The notes beneath the pieces are model-generated. The model was not told the DNA's origin. It saw only the letters and a program-made list of their open reading frames with translations, and ran no database searches. From a bacterium (GTDB taxonomy: Bacteria; Patescibacteriota; Minisyncoccia; UBA6257; UBA9933): 64,000 nt of DNA. Both the position numbers and the translations under genes were made by a program. Position 1 is the stretch's first letter. The number at the start of each line of letters is the position of its first letter. Below, piece by piece: positions 20,272 to 28,801 of the stretch. The stretch lies in assembly GCA_021796335.1 (NCBI GenBank), contig JAJYHZ010000002.1, positions 29,728 to 93,727 on the forward strand, read 5' to 3'.

Positions 20272-20699
20272 AAACCGTTACCCCCTATGAAATTTATGAA
20301 AATGTGTTTTTGCTGTGATTAACGATAAGGAAAAAGTGAAATAAAGTCAAAACAAAAGCCGCCTTTGGAGCGACAAGCGAGAAAAATCAAGTTTATTTTA
20401 TTGATAATTAACTATGTCTACTTTTTTAAAAATTAAACCGGCAATATGTTTCCGCTTATCACATAAAAGCCTCTCTCTTCCGATTTAAGATCTATCACAC
20501 AGCTCTTTTTGTAATCTTCTGCCGCTTTTTTAGCCCAGCGACATCATCAACGAATACCATTATTTTATTGCAGGTGAATCTTTCCGTATTTCTTCATCTT
20601 TGCGAACCATTATTGTTCTCACCTCAATTTCGTATTTTTTAGAATATGTTCCGGATAAACCATACAAGGAATCAGCTTTCCAGTTAATATTATAAACTG

Positions 20700-22112
20700 T
20701 TGAGAATTTTTAATAAACCGGCTAATATGGATTTAATCATGATTCTTAAAAAATATTACAGCACAAATCATATTTCTCATTCAAATTCTTTCAAAGAAAT
20801 TCTTATTCAAGGGCAGGCGCCGGACAAAGGTCTTTTTATGCCTACTACAATTCCTCGAATTTCTCCGGAAGCTATAAGCAAATTGCCAGGCATGTCTTAT
20901 CCGGAAATCGCTTTCGTAGTTTTAAATGAATTCTTAAAAGATGAGATTGCCGAAAACGATCTGCGGAATTTACTGGAAGACGCTTACAACTTCGACGTTC
21001 CCCTGGAAAAAATAAGCGGACAAAATTTTATTTTGCGGCTGGACAGGGGGCCGACCGCTTCATTTAAGGATTTTGCGGCAAGAGCGATGGCTCGGCTGAT
21101 TTATTATTTTTACAGAGACCCGGACAAGAATCTGACTATTCTGACCGCAACTTCCGGAGATACGGGCAGCGCGGTTGCCAACGCGTTTTTCAAGTTGGAT
21201 GGAATAAATGTCTTTATTCTTTTCCCGAAAAACGAAGTAAGCGAAAAACAAAGGAAACAAATGACGACTCTAGATCATAATGTTGCGGCAATCGCCATTG
21301 ACGGAAAATTTGACGATTGCCAAGCAATCGTTAAAAGGGCATTCGGAGATCCCGAACTCAGCCATCTGCATTTGACTTCGGCCAATTCGATAAATTTCGG
21401 AAGGCTGCTCGCGCAAACAGTTTACTACTTTTATTCTTATTCGAGGGCGGCGGAAAACGGCGAACAAGTCATATTTTCCGTTCCCTCCGGAAATTTCGGG
21501 GATTTAATGGGCGGACTGCTAGCCAAAAAAATGGGTTTGCCCGTTTATAAGTTTATTGCAGCGACTAATGAAAATGACGAATTTGCGAAATTTTTGGAAA
21601 CCGGCCAATACCAGCCGATTACTCCGTCAAAGAATTGCATTTCGAATGCGATGAATGTCGGCCATCCGAGCAATCTAGCCCGCATAATAGATTTATACGG
21701 AGGTCAAATGGATCCGGACGGAACAATAAACCAAATTCCGGATATGGATTCCATGCGCCGGGATATTTTTGCCATAAGTATTACCGACGACCAGACAAGA
21801 CAAACAATAAAAGATGCCTATGAAAAAAATAGGATTATTCTGGAACCGCACGGGGCCGTAGCTTGGGCAGCGCTGGAAAAATTCAAAGCTCAGGATTCCA
21901 AACCGGCAATCGCGATATCGCTTGAAACGGCCAATCCCGCAAAATTTCCCGATGAAATAGAAGGAATATTGAATATCCATCCTGAAATTCCGGGGGCTTT
22001 AAAAGATCTTGATTCTAAAAAAGAATTCATGCAAAGTTTGCCAGCCAGCTACGACAGCTTCAAGGAATTTTTAGTGCTGAAAGAATGCGGCAAAGGAGTT
22101 TGCATTATCTGA
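20700..22112 (+). CDS. thrC: threonine synthase
   Basis: PLP-lysine motif TASFKDFA, TATSGDTGSAVANAF, N-terminal QAPDKGLFMP; 470 aa (the start is possibly an internal Met near 20727). Confidence 0.7.
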   Translation: MRIFNKPANMDLIMILKKYYSTNHISHSNSFKEILIQGQAPDKGLFMPTTIPRISPEAISKLPGMSYPEIAFVVLNEFLKDEIAENDLRNLLEDAYNFDVPLEKISGQNFILRLDRGPTASFKDFAARAMARLIYYFYRDPDKNLTILTATSGDTGSAVANAFFKLDGINVFILFPKNEVSEKQRKQMTTLDHNVAAIAIDGKFDDCQAIVKRAFGDPELSHLHLTSANSINFGRLLAQTVYYFYSYSRAAENGEQVIFSVPSGNFGDLMGGLLAKKMGLPVYKFIAATNENDEFAKFLETGQYQPITPSKNCISNAMNVGHPSNLARIIDLYGGQMDPDGTINQIPDMDSMRRDIFAISITDDQTRQTIKDAYEKNRIILEPHGAVAWAALEKFKAQDSKPAIAISLETANPAKFPDEIEGILNIHPEIPGALKDLDSKKEFMQSLPASYDSFKEFLVLKECGKGVCII

Positions 22113-22187
22113 TAGAAATTATTGACAGCATCAAAAAATCCGTTCGCCGCGGCGAACGGATTTTTTTGGGCGCGATTGATAAAATTA

Positions 22188-22838
22188 TTACGGATTAAAA
22201 GCTTTTACAGAATACGCGATATCAGAACGATCATTTTTGTTTAAAATGCCGAAAACCGACGCTCTGTATCCGTTCCGCAAACTGGAAAAGGAGGTTGTTG
22301 TCCCGTTTACAGCAATACTTGTATTGGAATAAACAGTAACATTGGCTTGAGCTCCATTTGACAAAATTAGGGTAAAGCCGTTTGAACCTAGATTGGAAAT
22401 AACTCCGGATATCGTAGTTTCCAAAAGAGATAAATCTCTTATTCTTTGAGCGTCGACTGCCAGCGGGTTAGTATTTGAAACGAATCCGTAAAAACGAATG
22501 TCATCTCCCGTTTTAATTTCCGATAAAGCCCCGAACTCTCCCAACTGTCTTACCAGAATCGTTGAACTTGATAGATTTAAACTAATCGGCATTCCCCAGC
22601 TTGTCATGGAAATCGTCGAGCTGCCGATATCTGTCACAACTCCCCTGGCATAGGCAAAACCAGAATTTTGAACATGAAAATTTTGTATTGTCGGAAGAGC
22701 AACTGTTGAACTAATAGGGGTTGAGGTGGCGGCTGGAGGAGTAAAAGGGGTGGGATAATTTTGCGCGAAAACCGCGGGGAGGATTAAAATCGAGAAAGCG
22801 GCAATGATACCTGCGCCATAAGCGATTATTTTTTTCAT
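22188..22838 (-). CDS. secreted hypothetical protein
   Basis: Signal peptide (IIAAFSILILPAVFAQ); S/T-rich. Confidence 0.35.
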   Translation of the reverse strand: MKKIIAYGAGIIAAFSILILPAVFAQNYPTPFTPPAATSTPISSTVALPTIQNFHVQNSGFAYARGVVTDIGSSTISMTSWGMPISLNLSSSTILVRQLGEFGALSEIKTGDDIRFYGFVSNTNPLAVDAQRIRDLSLLETTISGVISNLGSNGFTLILSNGAQANVTVYSNTSIAVNGTTTSFSSLRNGYRASVFGILNKNDRSDIAYSVKAFNP

Positions 22839-22928
22839 AAATAAGATTTATTTTAAAAAGCCGACCTTTTTTTAATTATACCGCCAATGGGATTTGCCAT
22901 AAATAGGAATAAAGTTTACGAAAAACTA

Positions 22929-22951
22929 AAAATCCGCCGAAGCGGATTTTT
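22929..22951 (-). terminator. terminator hairpin aaaaatccgcc-gaag-ggcggattttt at the 3' end of rnpB
   Basis: Perfect stem with a T-tract on the minus strand. Confidence 0.55.
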
Positions 22952-23036
22952 AGGCAAGTAGTAGGCCGGATTCTGTTTCTAAGCGATAATTTATCTGGGT
23001 CCGCCATTACTGGCGGACTCAAGCGGCACCCCCATA

Positions 23037-23158
23037 CGCACCTCACTAAAGTTCGGTGCTCAATTTCCAATCGGCCTAATTTCTAATTTTCTAAAATTTA
23101 GAAAATTAGGTTGATTAGGACCTAGAATAATCCGAGCATCTCGCCTTGGTGAGATGCG
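23037..23158. repeat. 122-nt element with terminal inverted repeats, copy 1 (inside rnpB, P15-17 region)
   Basis: Identical to 23411-23533 except for a 1-nt indel. Termini cgcacctcac ... gtgagatgcg are inverted repeats; internal long palindrome cctaatttctaattttctaaaatttagaaaattagg. Confidence 0.75.
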
Positions 23159-23410
23159 ACGGGTACGGCCTTGCACCCAATAAGGATTTAGCCGTTTCAC
23201 CCCTGGCGTTTCCGTCAAGGCTATTCCCGAAGGAATTTCCAATCCTTTCGGATTAGAACGTCTCTGCTCGCACCTCTCACATTGCTGCGGCCGGCTGTTA
23301 GCCAGTATCTTTTTAATCCATTGCCTTTTAGTTAAGAGAAGTTGCTTGGATTTAACCAAACAAATTTCATATAAAAAGCGCTGGAATAAGTGTCCGGACC
23401 TTCCTCTCGC

Positions 23411-23533
23411 GCGCACCTCACTAAAGTTCGGTGCTCAATTTCCAATCGGCCTAATTTCTAATTTTCTAAAATTTAGAAAATTAGGTTGATTAGGACCTAG
23501 AATAATCCGAGCATCTCGCCTTGGTGAGATGCG
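23411..23533. repeat. 123-nt element with terminal inverted repeats, copy 2 (inside rnpB at the P3 position)
   Basis: As copy 1; sits between the putative P2 5' strand and the P4 5' strand. Confidence 0.75.
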
Positions 23534-23584
23534 CCGAGCTATCGCTCCCTTACATCACTAATTTTAAATCAATTCTAATATTTG

Positions 23585-23935
23585 TCAAATAAGATTTTTT
23601 AAAATCAGGTATTCTTTCAGGGCAACGGCATTGTTGAACATCTCATTTTTAGCAGCGTATAACAGGGTTAGCGGCTGCCCTTTATGATTTAAAAGCTGCT
23701 TAATTGCATGTTTATTCCCTTCCAATTCTTTAAAATATTTCTGTTTAAATTCAGCCCATTTTTGGGGATCGTGGTTAAACCATTTGCGAAGCTCATTGCT
23801 GGGACCGACTTCCTTTAACCATAAGTCGATTTGATCATTGTTTTTTTGAAGACCCCTCGGCCACAATCTATCTACCAAGATTCTTATGCCATCCTTTTTT
23901 TGAGGAAGATCATAGACTCGTTTTATTTTGACCAT
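23585..23935 (-). CDS. DUF488-family protein
   Basis: RVYD...[13 protein letters not shown]...W.KEVGPS..LRKWF.HDP.KW.EF matches the DUF488 pattern. Confidence 0.5.
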   Translation of the reverse strand: MVKIKRVYDLPQKKDGIRILVDRLWPRGLQKNNDQIDLWLKEVGPSNELRKWFNHDPQKWAEFKQKYFKELEGNKHAIKQLLNHKGQPLTLLYAAKNEMFNNAVALKEYLILKNLI

Positions 23936-23967
23936 CTATATTAGAATTATAGCACGCGGGAAAATTT

Positions 23968-25263
23968 TTATAAAAACAGATAGGCGACGGCCAGAAAAGC
24001 CGTGATTAGAAAAGTTAAGGCTCCCAGAATGTTGATCGCCGGAGAAGAAGTTTTTCCCTTCATAATTTTTTTATTATTGGCGATTTTCATAATAATAAAA
24101 ATCAGGGGCGGAGTAATAATCGTGTAAAGCACGGCCGTATATACCAAAAGCTGTATGGGATCTATTTTGCTGAAGAAATTGACCGCTATGCCAAGAACGG
24201 TGGCAATAATAATAACCAAATAAAATCCTTTGGCTTCCCTGAATTTTTTATTCAGGCCTTCCTGCCAATCAAAAATTTCGGAAAGAATATATCCGACGCT
24301 TCCGGCTAAAACCGGAATTGCCAAAAATCCCACTCCAATGAGGCCCAAACCAAAAGCTAAAAAGGCAAAATTTCCCAATATCGGCTTCAAAACGGCGGCA
24401 GCTTGGTCAAAAGTCGCAATTTCTTTAACTCCATAATTGGCCAAATTGCTCGCGCCGGCGATAATAAACCACATTACGACATTGGAAATTATCATTCCGA
24501 AAAAGGTATCCTCCCTCAAAATTTTTAATTCGTTTCTCGTGACTAAAAATTTTTTTAACGATTTTCTGACTTTTGCATCATCCCTTTCTTCAACTTCTTC
24601 GCTCGCCTGCCAGAAAAAAAGATAGGGGGAGATGGTAGTCCCTATAATGGCGGTAATCAACAAAATATTTTCTTTGCTGAATGAAAAACTCGGAATAAAA
24701 GTGGCTTTCAAAGCCATAAGCCAATTTATTTTAATGTAAAAGACTGTTACAACATAAAAGATCATCGCGAAAGACAGCCATTTCAGAACCCGGGCGAATT
24801 TTTGATAAGAAAAAAATACCATCAACATTATAATCAGTATGCTGATTGCTGGTATCCAGATGAACCGGCTGAATCCCAGTAATTTTTCAAAAATAACGCC
24901 GCTTGCCAATAAATCTGCCGCAATATTTACGGTAATCACAAATGCGGAAATAAAAGAAATAAAATATAAAATATATTTTGAATAGTGTTCTTTTATGACT
25001 TTAACCAATCCTTTATCGGTAACATAACCGATGCGACCGGACATTTCCTGAATCGAATACATCAAAGGCAAAGTTAAAAGAGCCGTCCAAAGAGTTTTGA
25101 ATCCGAAAACAGTTCCGGATTGCAAATAAGTCAGAACTCCCGATGAGTCGTCATCGGATACGCCGGTAATAAGTCCGGGGCCAAAAGCGCTAAATATCCT
25201 TTTTATCTTTTTCTTTAAGGACGAACGATGAATTAAAAAAACAGATTTTTCCGCAGTGTTCAT
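23968..25263 (-). CDS. NRAMP-family divalent metal transporter (MntH-like)
   Basis: FGPGLITGVSDDDSSGVLTYLQSG...LPLMYSIQEMSGRIGYVT matches NRAMP TM1-TM2 motifs; about 11 TM segments. Confidence 0.6.
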   Translation of the reverse strand: MNTAEKSVFLIHRSSLKKKIKRIFSAFGPGLITGVSDDDSSGVLTYLQSGTVFGFKTLWTALLTLPLMYSIQEMSGRIGYVTDKGLVKVIKEHYSKYILYFISFISAFVITVNIAADLLASGVIFEKLLGFSRFIWIPAISILIIMLMVFFSYQKFARVLKWLSFAMIFYVVTVFYIKINWLMALKATFIPSFSFSKENILLITAIIGTTISPYLFFWQASEEVEERDDAKVRKSLKKFLVTRNELKILREDTFFGMIISNVVMWFIIAGASNLANYGVKEIATFDQAAAVLKPILGNFAFLAFGLGLIGVGFLAIPVLAGSVGYILSEIFDWQEGLNKKFREAKGFYLVIIIATVLGIAVNFFSKIDPIQLLVYTAVLYTIITPPLIFIIMKIANNKKIMKGKTSSPAINILGALTFLITAFLAVAYLFL

Positions 25264-25272
25264 TTTAAAAAA

Positions 25273-25704
25273 TCAGAACAGTTTGTTTTCTTTTCGTTTT
25301 TGAGAATCCAATTCTCTATTAACCAAAGCGTCGGCTTTTTTGTTTTCTTCGCGGGGAATATGATAGAAAAAAACTTTTTTGAAATCCTGTTTTGAATTCC
25401 AGATTTCAACAAATAACGGAACCAATCTTCCCTCTTTTAATTTATATTGCCCCATCAGCTGCTTGACAACTAATTCGCTATCAGCTTTTATCTCAATCTC
25501 AATATTTTTAACCTCGTCTTTTCCCATCAGCTGCTTTATTTTTTTCAGGGCAAAAATAATAGCCTGATATTCGGCTTCGTTATTTGTAGTAATTCCCAAG
25601 TACTGGGAATATTCTTTGTTGAGCTGCTGAATAAAAACTCCCAAGGCCGCAGGACCAGGATTTCCTCGGCTTCCGCCATCGCAAAAAACTGTTAATTTAT
25701 TCAT
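25273..25704 (-). CDS. rnhA: ribonuclease HI
   Basis: CDGGSRGNPGPAALG (Asp1), NNEAEY (Glu), ADSELVVKQ (Asp), H...REEN..AD.L (His, Asp). Confidence 0.65.
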   Translation of the reverse strand: MNKLTVFCDGGSRGNPGPAALGVFIQQLNKEYSQYLGITTNNEAEYQAIIFALKKIKQLMGKDEVKNIEIEIKADSELVVKQLMGQYKLKEGRLVPLFVEIWNSKQDFKKVFFYHIPREENKKADALVNRELDSQKRKENKLF

Positions 25705-25876
25705 TGATATTTATTTTATCCCACATAATTATAAAAATCACGTGGATGAATTGAGATTGAATATGTTTGTCTTTGTTCCATATCAATATATTCTTTTCCA
25801 AACAGTAGCACTTTTACATGGAGAAACAAATAAAATTGGGGATGCTTTATAGAAAATAGTAAATTTTATGGAGAAT

Positions 25877-26725
25877 TTAATGGGATTTGCCGTTTTTTCT
25901 TGTCCACGGGAAATTCATCTCCGCATCAAACATAAATCCGGCCGCTTGTTTGTGGCCGCCTCCCGCTTCAAATTTCTGCGCCAATTTCGAGACATCGGGA
26001 TCGCCGCTCGATCGCAAGGAGACTCTGAAGCGGTTTTCCGTAAAACGCCAAATAATGGCAACACCTCCGCGGGTTTCATGCAAATAATTCCCAATTTCCG
26101 ATTCCAGGATCGGAGAGTTGACCGCAAACGCCCTGTTTCCGAAAAAATCCACTTCTTCGGCTTGAGCGGCGATAATTTTTACCCAGTTTTCCTTGTATCT
26201 TAAAATCGCCCTGCCTTCTTTTACGAAAGATTGAAGTTTACTATTATTTTCAAAATCAGCGAATAATTTATCGAAAATTTTGAAATCAAAAACAAACGAA
26301 TCAAGGAAGGCAAAAACGGCTTTGGAATTAGGAAGCTTAAACCTAAAATAATCCATATCCTCAATGTATTTTAAAATTCTAGGCACCGGTTTTTTGGGAT
26401 TGAAATATTTCCAGGCAAGAACGGAGGCTGAGTTATTTTCGCCGTAAATATGCTCCGTGGAAATTTTTATAGTTTCTTTTTCACTGACATGATGATCAAT
26501 CACAACCAGTTTCTTATTTCTGGAGAGCAGATTTTCCATAATCGGCTTTTCATAGCAAAAATCAAAAAGGTAAATCTCCCGTTCTACCAAACCTTCTGGA
26601 AGAGGGGTATGACTATTGTGAGTAACGCCGATATATTCGGCTTTGTTTCTAAATTTTCTTCGGGCGGAAAGCGCTGAACAAAATCCGTCCAAATCATCAT
26701 GATAAATAACTACTATGTTTTTCAT
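25877..26725 (-). CDS. DHH/DHHA1-family phosphoesterase (NrnA-like)
   Basis: HDDLDGFCSAL, VVIDHH and the C-terminal GGGH motif. Confidence 0.55.
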   Translation of the reverse strand: MKNIVVIYHDDLDGFCSALSARRKFRNKAEYIGVTHNSHTPLPEGLVEREIYLFDFCYEKPIMENLLSRNKKLVVIDHHVSEKETIKISTEHIYGENNSASVLAWKYFNPKKPVPRILKYIEDMDYFRFKLPNSKAVFAFLDSFVFDFKIFDKLFADFENNSKLQSFVKEGRAILRYKENWVKIIAAQAEEVDFFGNRAFAVNSPILESEIGNYLHETRGGVAIIWRFTENRFRVSLRSSGDPDVSKLAQKFEAGGGHKQAAGFMFDAEMNFPWTRKNGKSH

Positions 26726-26777
26726 AAAGATAAAATTAATCAGTTAACGAGTTTGCGCGTTAACGAGTTCTAATTCA

Positions 26778-26804
26778 ACCCATTAACGCGTTAACACGCT
26801 AATA
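26778..26804. promoter_or_regulatory. palindromic motif aacccattaacGCGttaacacgctaat (GTTAACGCGTTAAC core) with upstream direct repeats of gttaacgagtt
   Basis: Perfect 14-bp palindrome; a related copy at 50893-50919. Confidence 0.4.
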
Positions 26805-26815
26805 ATTAAATTTAA

Positions 26816-27934
26816 TTACTTTAGAGCAGTGATTCCGGGTAATTTTTCCCCCGCTAAATACTTTAACATGGCTCCCCCTCCAGTGGAAAGGAAGACGTTA
26901 TTGGAAACTTTTTTGTTTTTAAAAAGAGCTGCAGTTTCACCTCCGCCGATTGCGGCAAAAGCTTTACTTTGTCCAATAGCTTTTATAATTCCTTCGGATC
27001 CTTTTTTAAATTTGATATTTTCAGCCATGCCCATAGGTCCGTTCCAAATAATTGTTTTAGCAGTTTTTAAAATTCGCGAGTATTTTTTAATGGATTCCGG
27101 ACCGATATCTAAAATTTTTCTATCGCTGACAGCATAGTCATCCGGCAAAATTATTTTCTTTGACTTTGAAATTTGTTCAGCGAAATTAACCGCATCTTTT
27201 TCCCAGATTGAATTCCCTATCGGCAAACCTTGAGCTTTCAAAAAATTATTGGCAATCCCTCCGCCAACTAAAAAGTGATCCGCTTTTTTTAAAAAATTTT
27301 TAATCAAGCTTATTTTGTCGGAAATCTTTGCGCCGCCCATGACAACTACTAAAGGATGTTCCGGGTTCTTTAAAACTTTATCCAGATTTTCGATTTCTTT
27401 TTCCAGAAGCAGCCCGGCGTAGGACGGCAAAAATCTTGTAATTGCACAAACAGAAGCCGCTTGGCGATGGCTTACCGCAAAAGCGTCGTTTACATAAACA
27501 TCGCCGATAGAAGCAAGCTGTTTTGCAAAATTTTTATTATTTTCTTCTTCGACCTTTTGAAATCTTAAATTTTCCAGAAGAAAAATTCTGTTTTTTGATT
27601 TTCTAATTCTTCCTCGTATACTATCACGCGTGATAGTAGATAAATCGATAAATTCAATTTTGGTTTTTAAAAGGTTTTCAAAAATTTTTACAAAAGGCTT
27701 TAAAGAGAAGCTCGCAGTTCGCGGTTTATGGCTTATATTTTTTTTCGGGCGCCCTCTGTGAGACAATAAAACAATTTTCGCGTTATTTTTTGAAAGAAAT
27801 TTTATGGTCGGCAAAATCGCCTGAACGCGCAGATTTTCTTTTTCCAATTCGTCATCTTTAATATTCAAATCAACCCGCAATAAGCATATTTTTCCGGATA
27901 AATCTTTTTTTGAAAGCGCAGACAACAATTTCAT
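26816..27934 (-). CDS. pgk: phosphoglycerate kinase
   Basis: VVMGGAKISDKISLI...LVGGGIANNFLKAQG and the N-terminal RVDLNI motif; 372 aa. Confidence 0.75.
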   Translation of the reverse strand: MKLLSALSKKDLSGKICLLRVDLNIKDDELEKENLRVQAILPTIKFLSKNNAKIVLLSHRGRPKKNISHKPRTASFSLKPFVKIFENLLKTKIEFIDLSTITRDSIRGRIRKSKNRIFLLENLRFQKVEEENNKNFAKQLASIGDVYVNDAFAVSHRQAASVCAITRFLPSYAGLLLEKEIENLDKVLKNPEHPLVVVMGGAKISDKISLIKNFLKKADHFLVGGGIANNFLKAQGLPIGNSIWEKDAVNFAEQISKSKKIILPDDYAVSDRKILDIGPESIKKYSRILKTAKTIIWNGPMGMAENIKFKKGSEGIIKAIGQSKAFAAIGGGETAALFKNKKVSNNVFLSTGGGAMLKYLAGEKLPGITALK

Positions 27935-28004
27935 TTAAATCATTGTACCCTAAAATTTAAGCAAAAAAAATCGGGGAACCGAAGCTCCCCTTTTAATAAT
28001 TGCT

Positions 28005-28595
28005 TTATGTTTTTGCCAGGTCGTAAACCTGGCGACCCACCTCGGCATTCCAGGTGTGGCCCACATTTTTTAATGTGGTTACCTGAATGCCATGTTCTTC
28101 CGCGAAGGCGGCCGTGTACTTGCCGCCGAAATAATCATCGTTTCCCCCGATGATTATTTTTACGTTCTCCGGGGGGACCTGAGTTAGAATCTTTTTCAGG
28201 TCCGTTTTATACAATTCCCGCGCTTTAAAGATGTTAATAAAAAATCTTTTAAACAACGGGAACCCATCGAACGTGAAGATTCGATGCAGAAGGGAGTTGT
28301 TTTTCCACTCCCCCATACAATATTTGAACCAGGTAATAAACCCTTTGCGCCAGAACGGCAAAGGTCCGATTACTGGATCCACCAGAATCAGCTTGGCATG
28401 GCGATTGTTTTGCCATGCCTGCAGAGCCCAACTGGCCCCCAGACTGTACCCGACAAGAACCGCGTTCTTGCCGATTTTGATATTCGAGGGATTGATGTCT
28501 TTTGCCCAGACATCATAGCCCTCGAAAAACCTAAAAAGGCTTTTATAGAATGATAATTTACTAAAAAACCCCGGGAAAAAATAAATGAAGAGCAT
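28005..28595 (-). CDS. alpha/beta-hydrolase fold protein (esterase-like)
   Basis: GYSLGASWA nucleophile elbow (GxSxG). Confidence 0.4.
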   Translation of the reverse strand: MLFIYFFPGFFSKLSFYKSLFRFFEGYDVWAKDINPSNIKIGKNAVLVGYSLGASWALQAWQNNRHAKLILVDPVIGPLPFWRKGFITWFKYCMGEWKNNSLLHRIFTFDGFPLFKRFFINIFKARELYKTDLKKILTQVPPENVKIIIGGNDDYFGGKYTAAFAEEHGIQVTTLKNVGHTWNAEVGRQVYDLAKT

Positions 28596-28801
28596 TTGTT
28601 ATTGCTCCTCCTTTCTTTTTTATAAAATTTTTAAAAGGTCAGAAATGACCTTGATTACTTTAATTATAATAACTTATTTTATAAAAATGTCAATACAACA
28701 TGTGCATTTAAAAAACCTGGCTCTAATGTCTCTTGGAAAGAAAATGCGGATAACGGATTCAATATTTTACGATCGTAAAATATTGGATTTTGGAAAAGAC
28801 T

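Larger units (their letters stand above)
22953..23575 (-). ncRNA. rnpB: RNase P RNA (bacterial type A-like) carrying two 122/123-nt inserted hairpin elements
   Basis: Minus-strand reading shows GAGAGGAAGGUCCGGACAC (P4 5' strand, at about 23388-23406) and GAAACAGAAUCCGGCC (P4 3' strand, at about 22965-22980). AGGGGUGAAACGGC matches the J11/12 consensus. GCCGCUUGAG-UCCGCCAGUAAUGGCGGAC-CCAGAUAAAUUA aligns with E. coli P15-P18 (GCUGCUUGAGCCAGUGAGCGAUUGCUGGCCUAGAUGAAUGA). The P2 strands AGCGAUA/UAUCGCU are complementary. Local GC is higher than the surroundings, and the only ORFs are Arg-rich spurious ones. Confidence 0.6.

Noticed and set aside
22876-23416. ORF-track CDSs 22876-23070 and 23060-23416 (Arg-rich)
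   Set aside because: They lie entirely over the GC-rich RNase P RNA gene and its inserted repeats. Arg-rich low-complexity translation is typical of spurious ORFs over structured RNA.
23037-23533. Possible CRISPR array (two identical ~123-nt repeats)
   Set aside because: There are only two copies, separated by a 252-nt unique segment that carries RNase P conserved motifs. The repeats have terminal inverted repeats rather than CRISPR-like features, and there are no cas genes.
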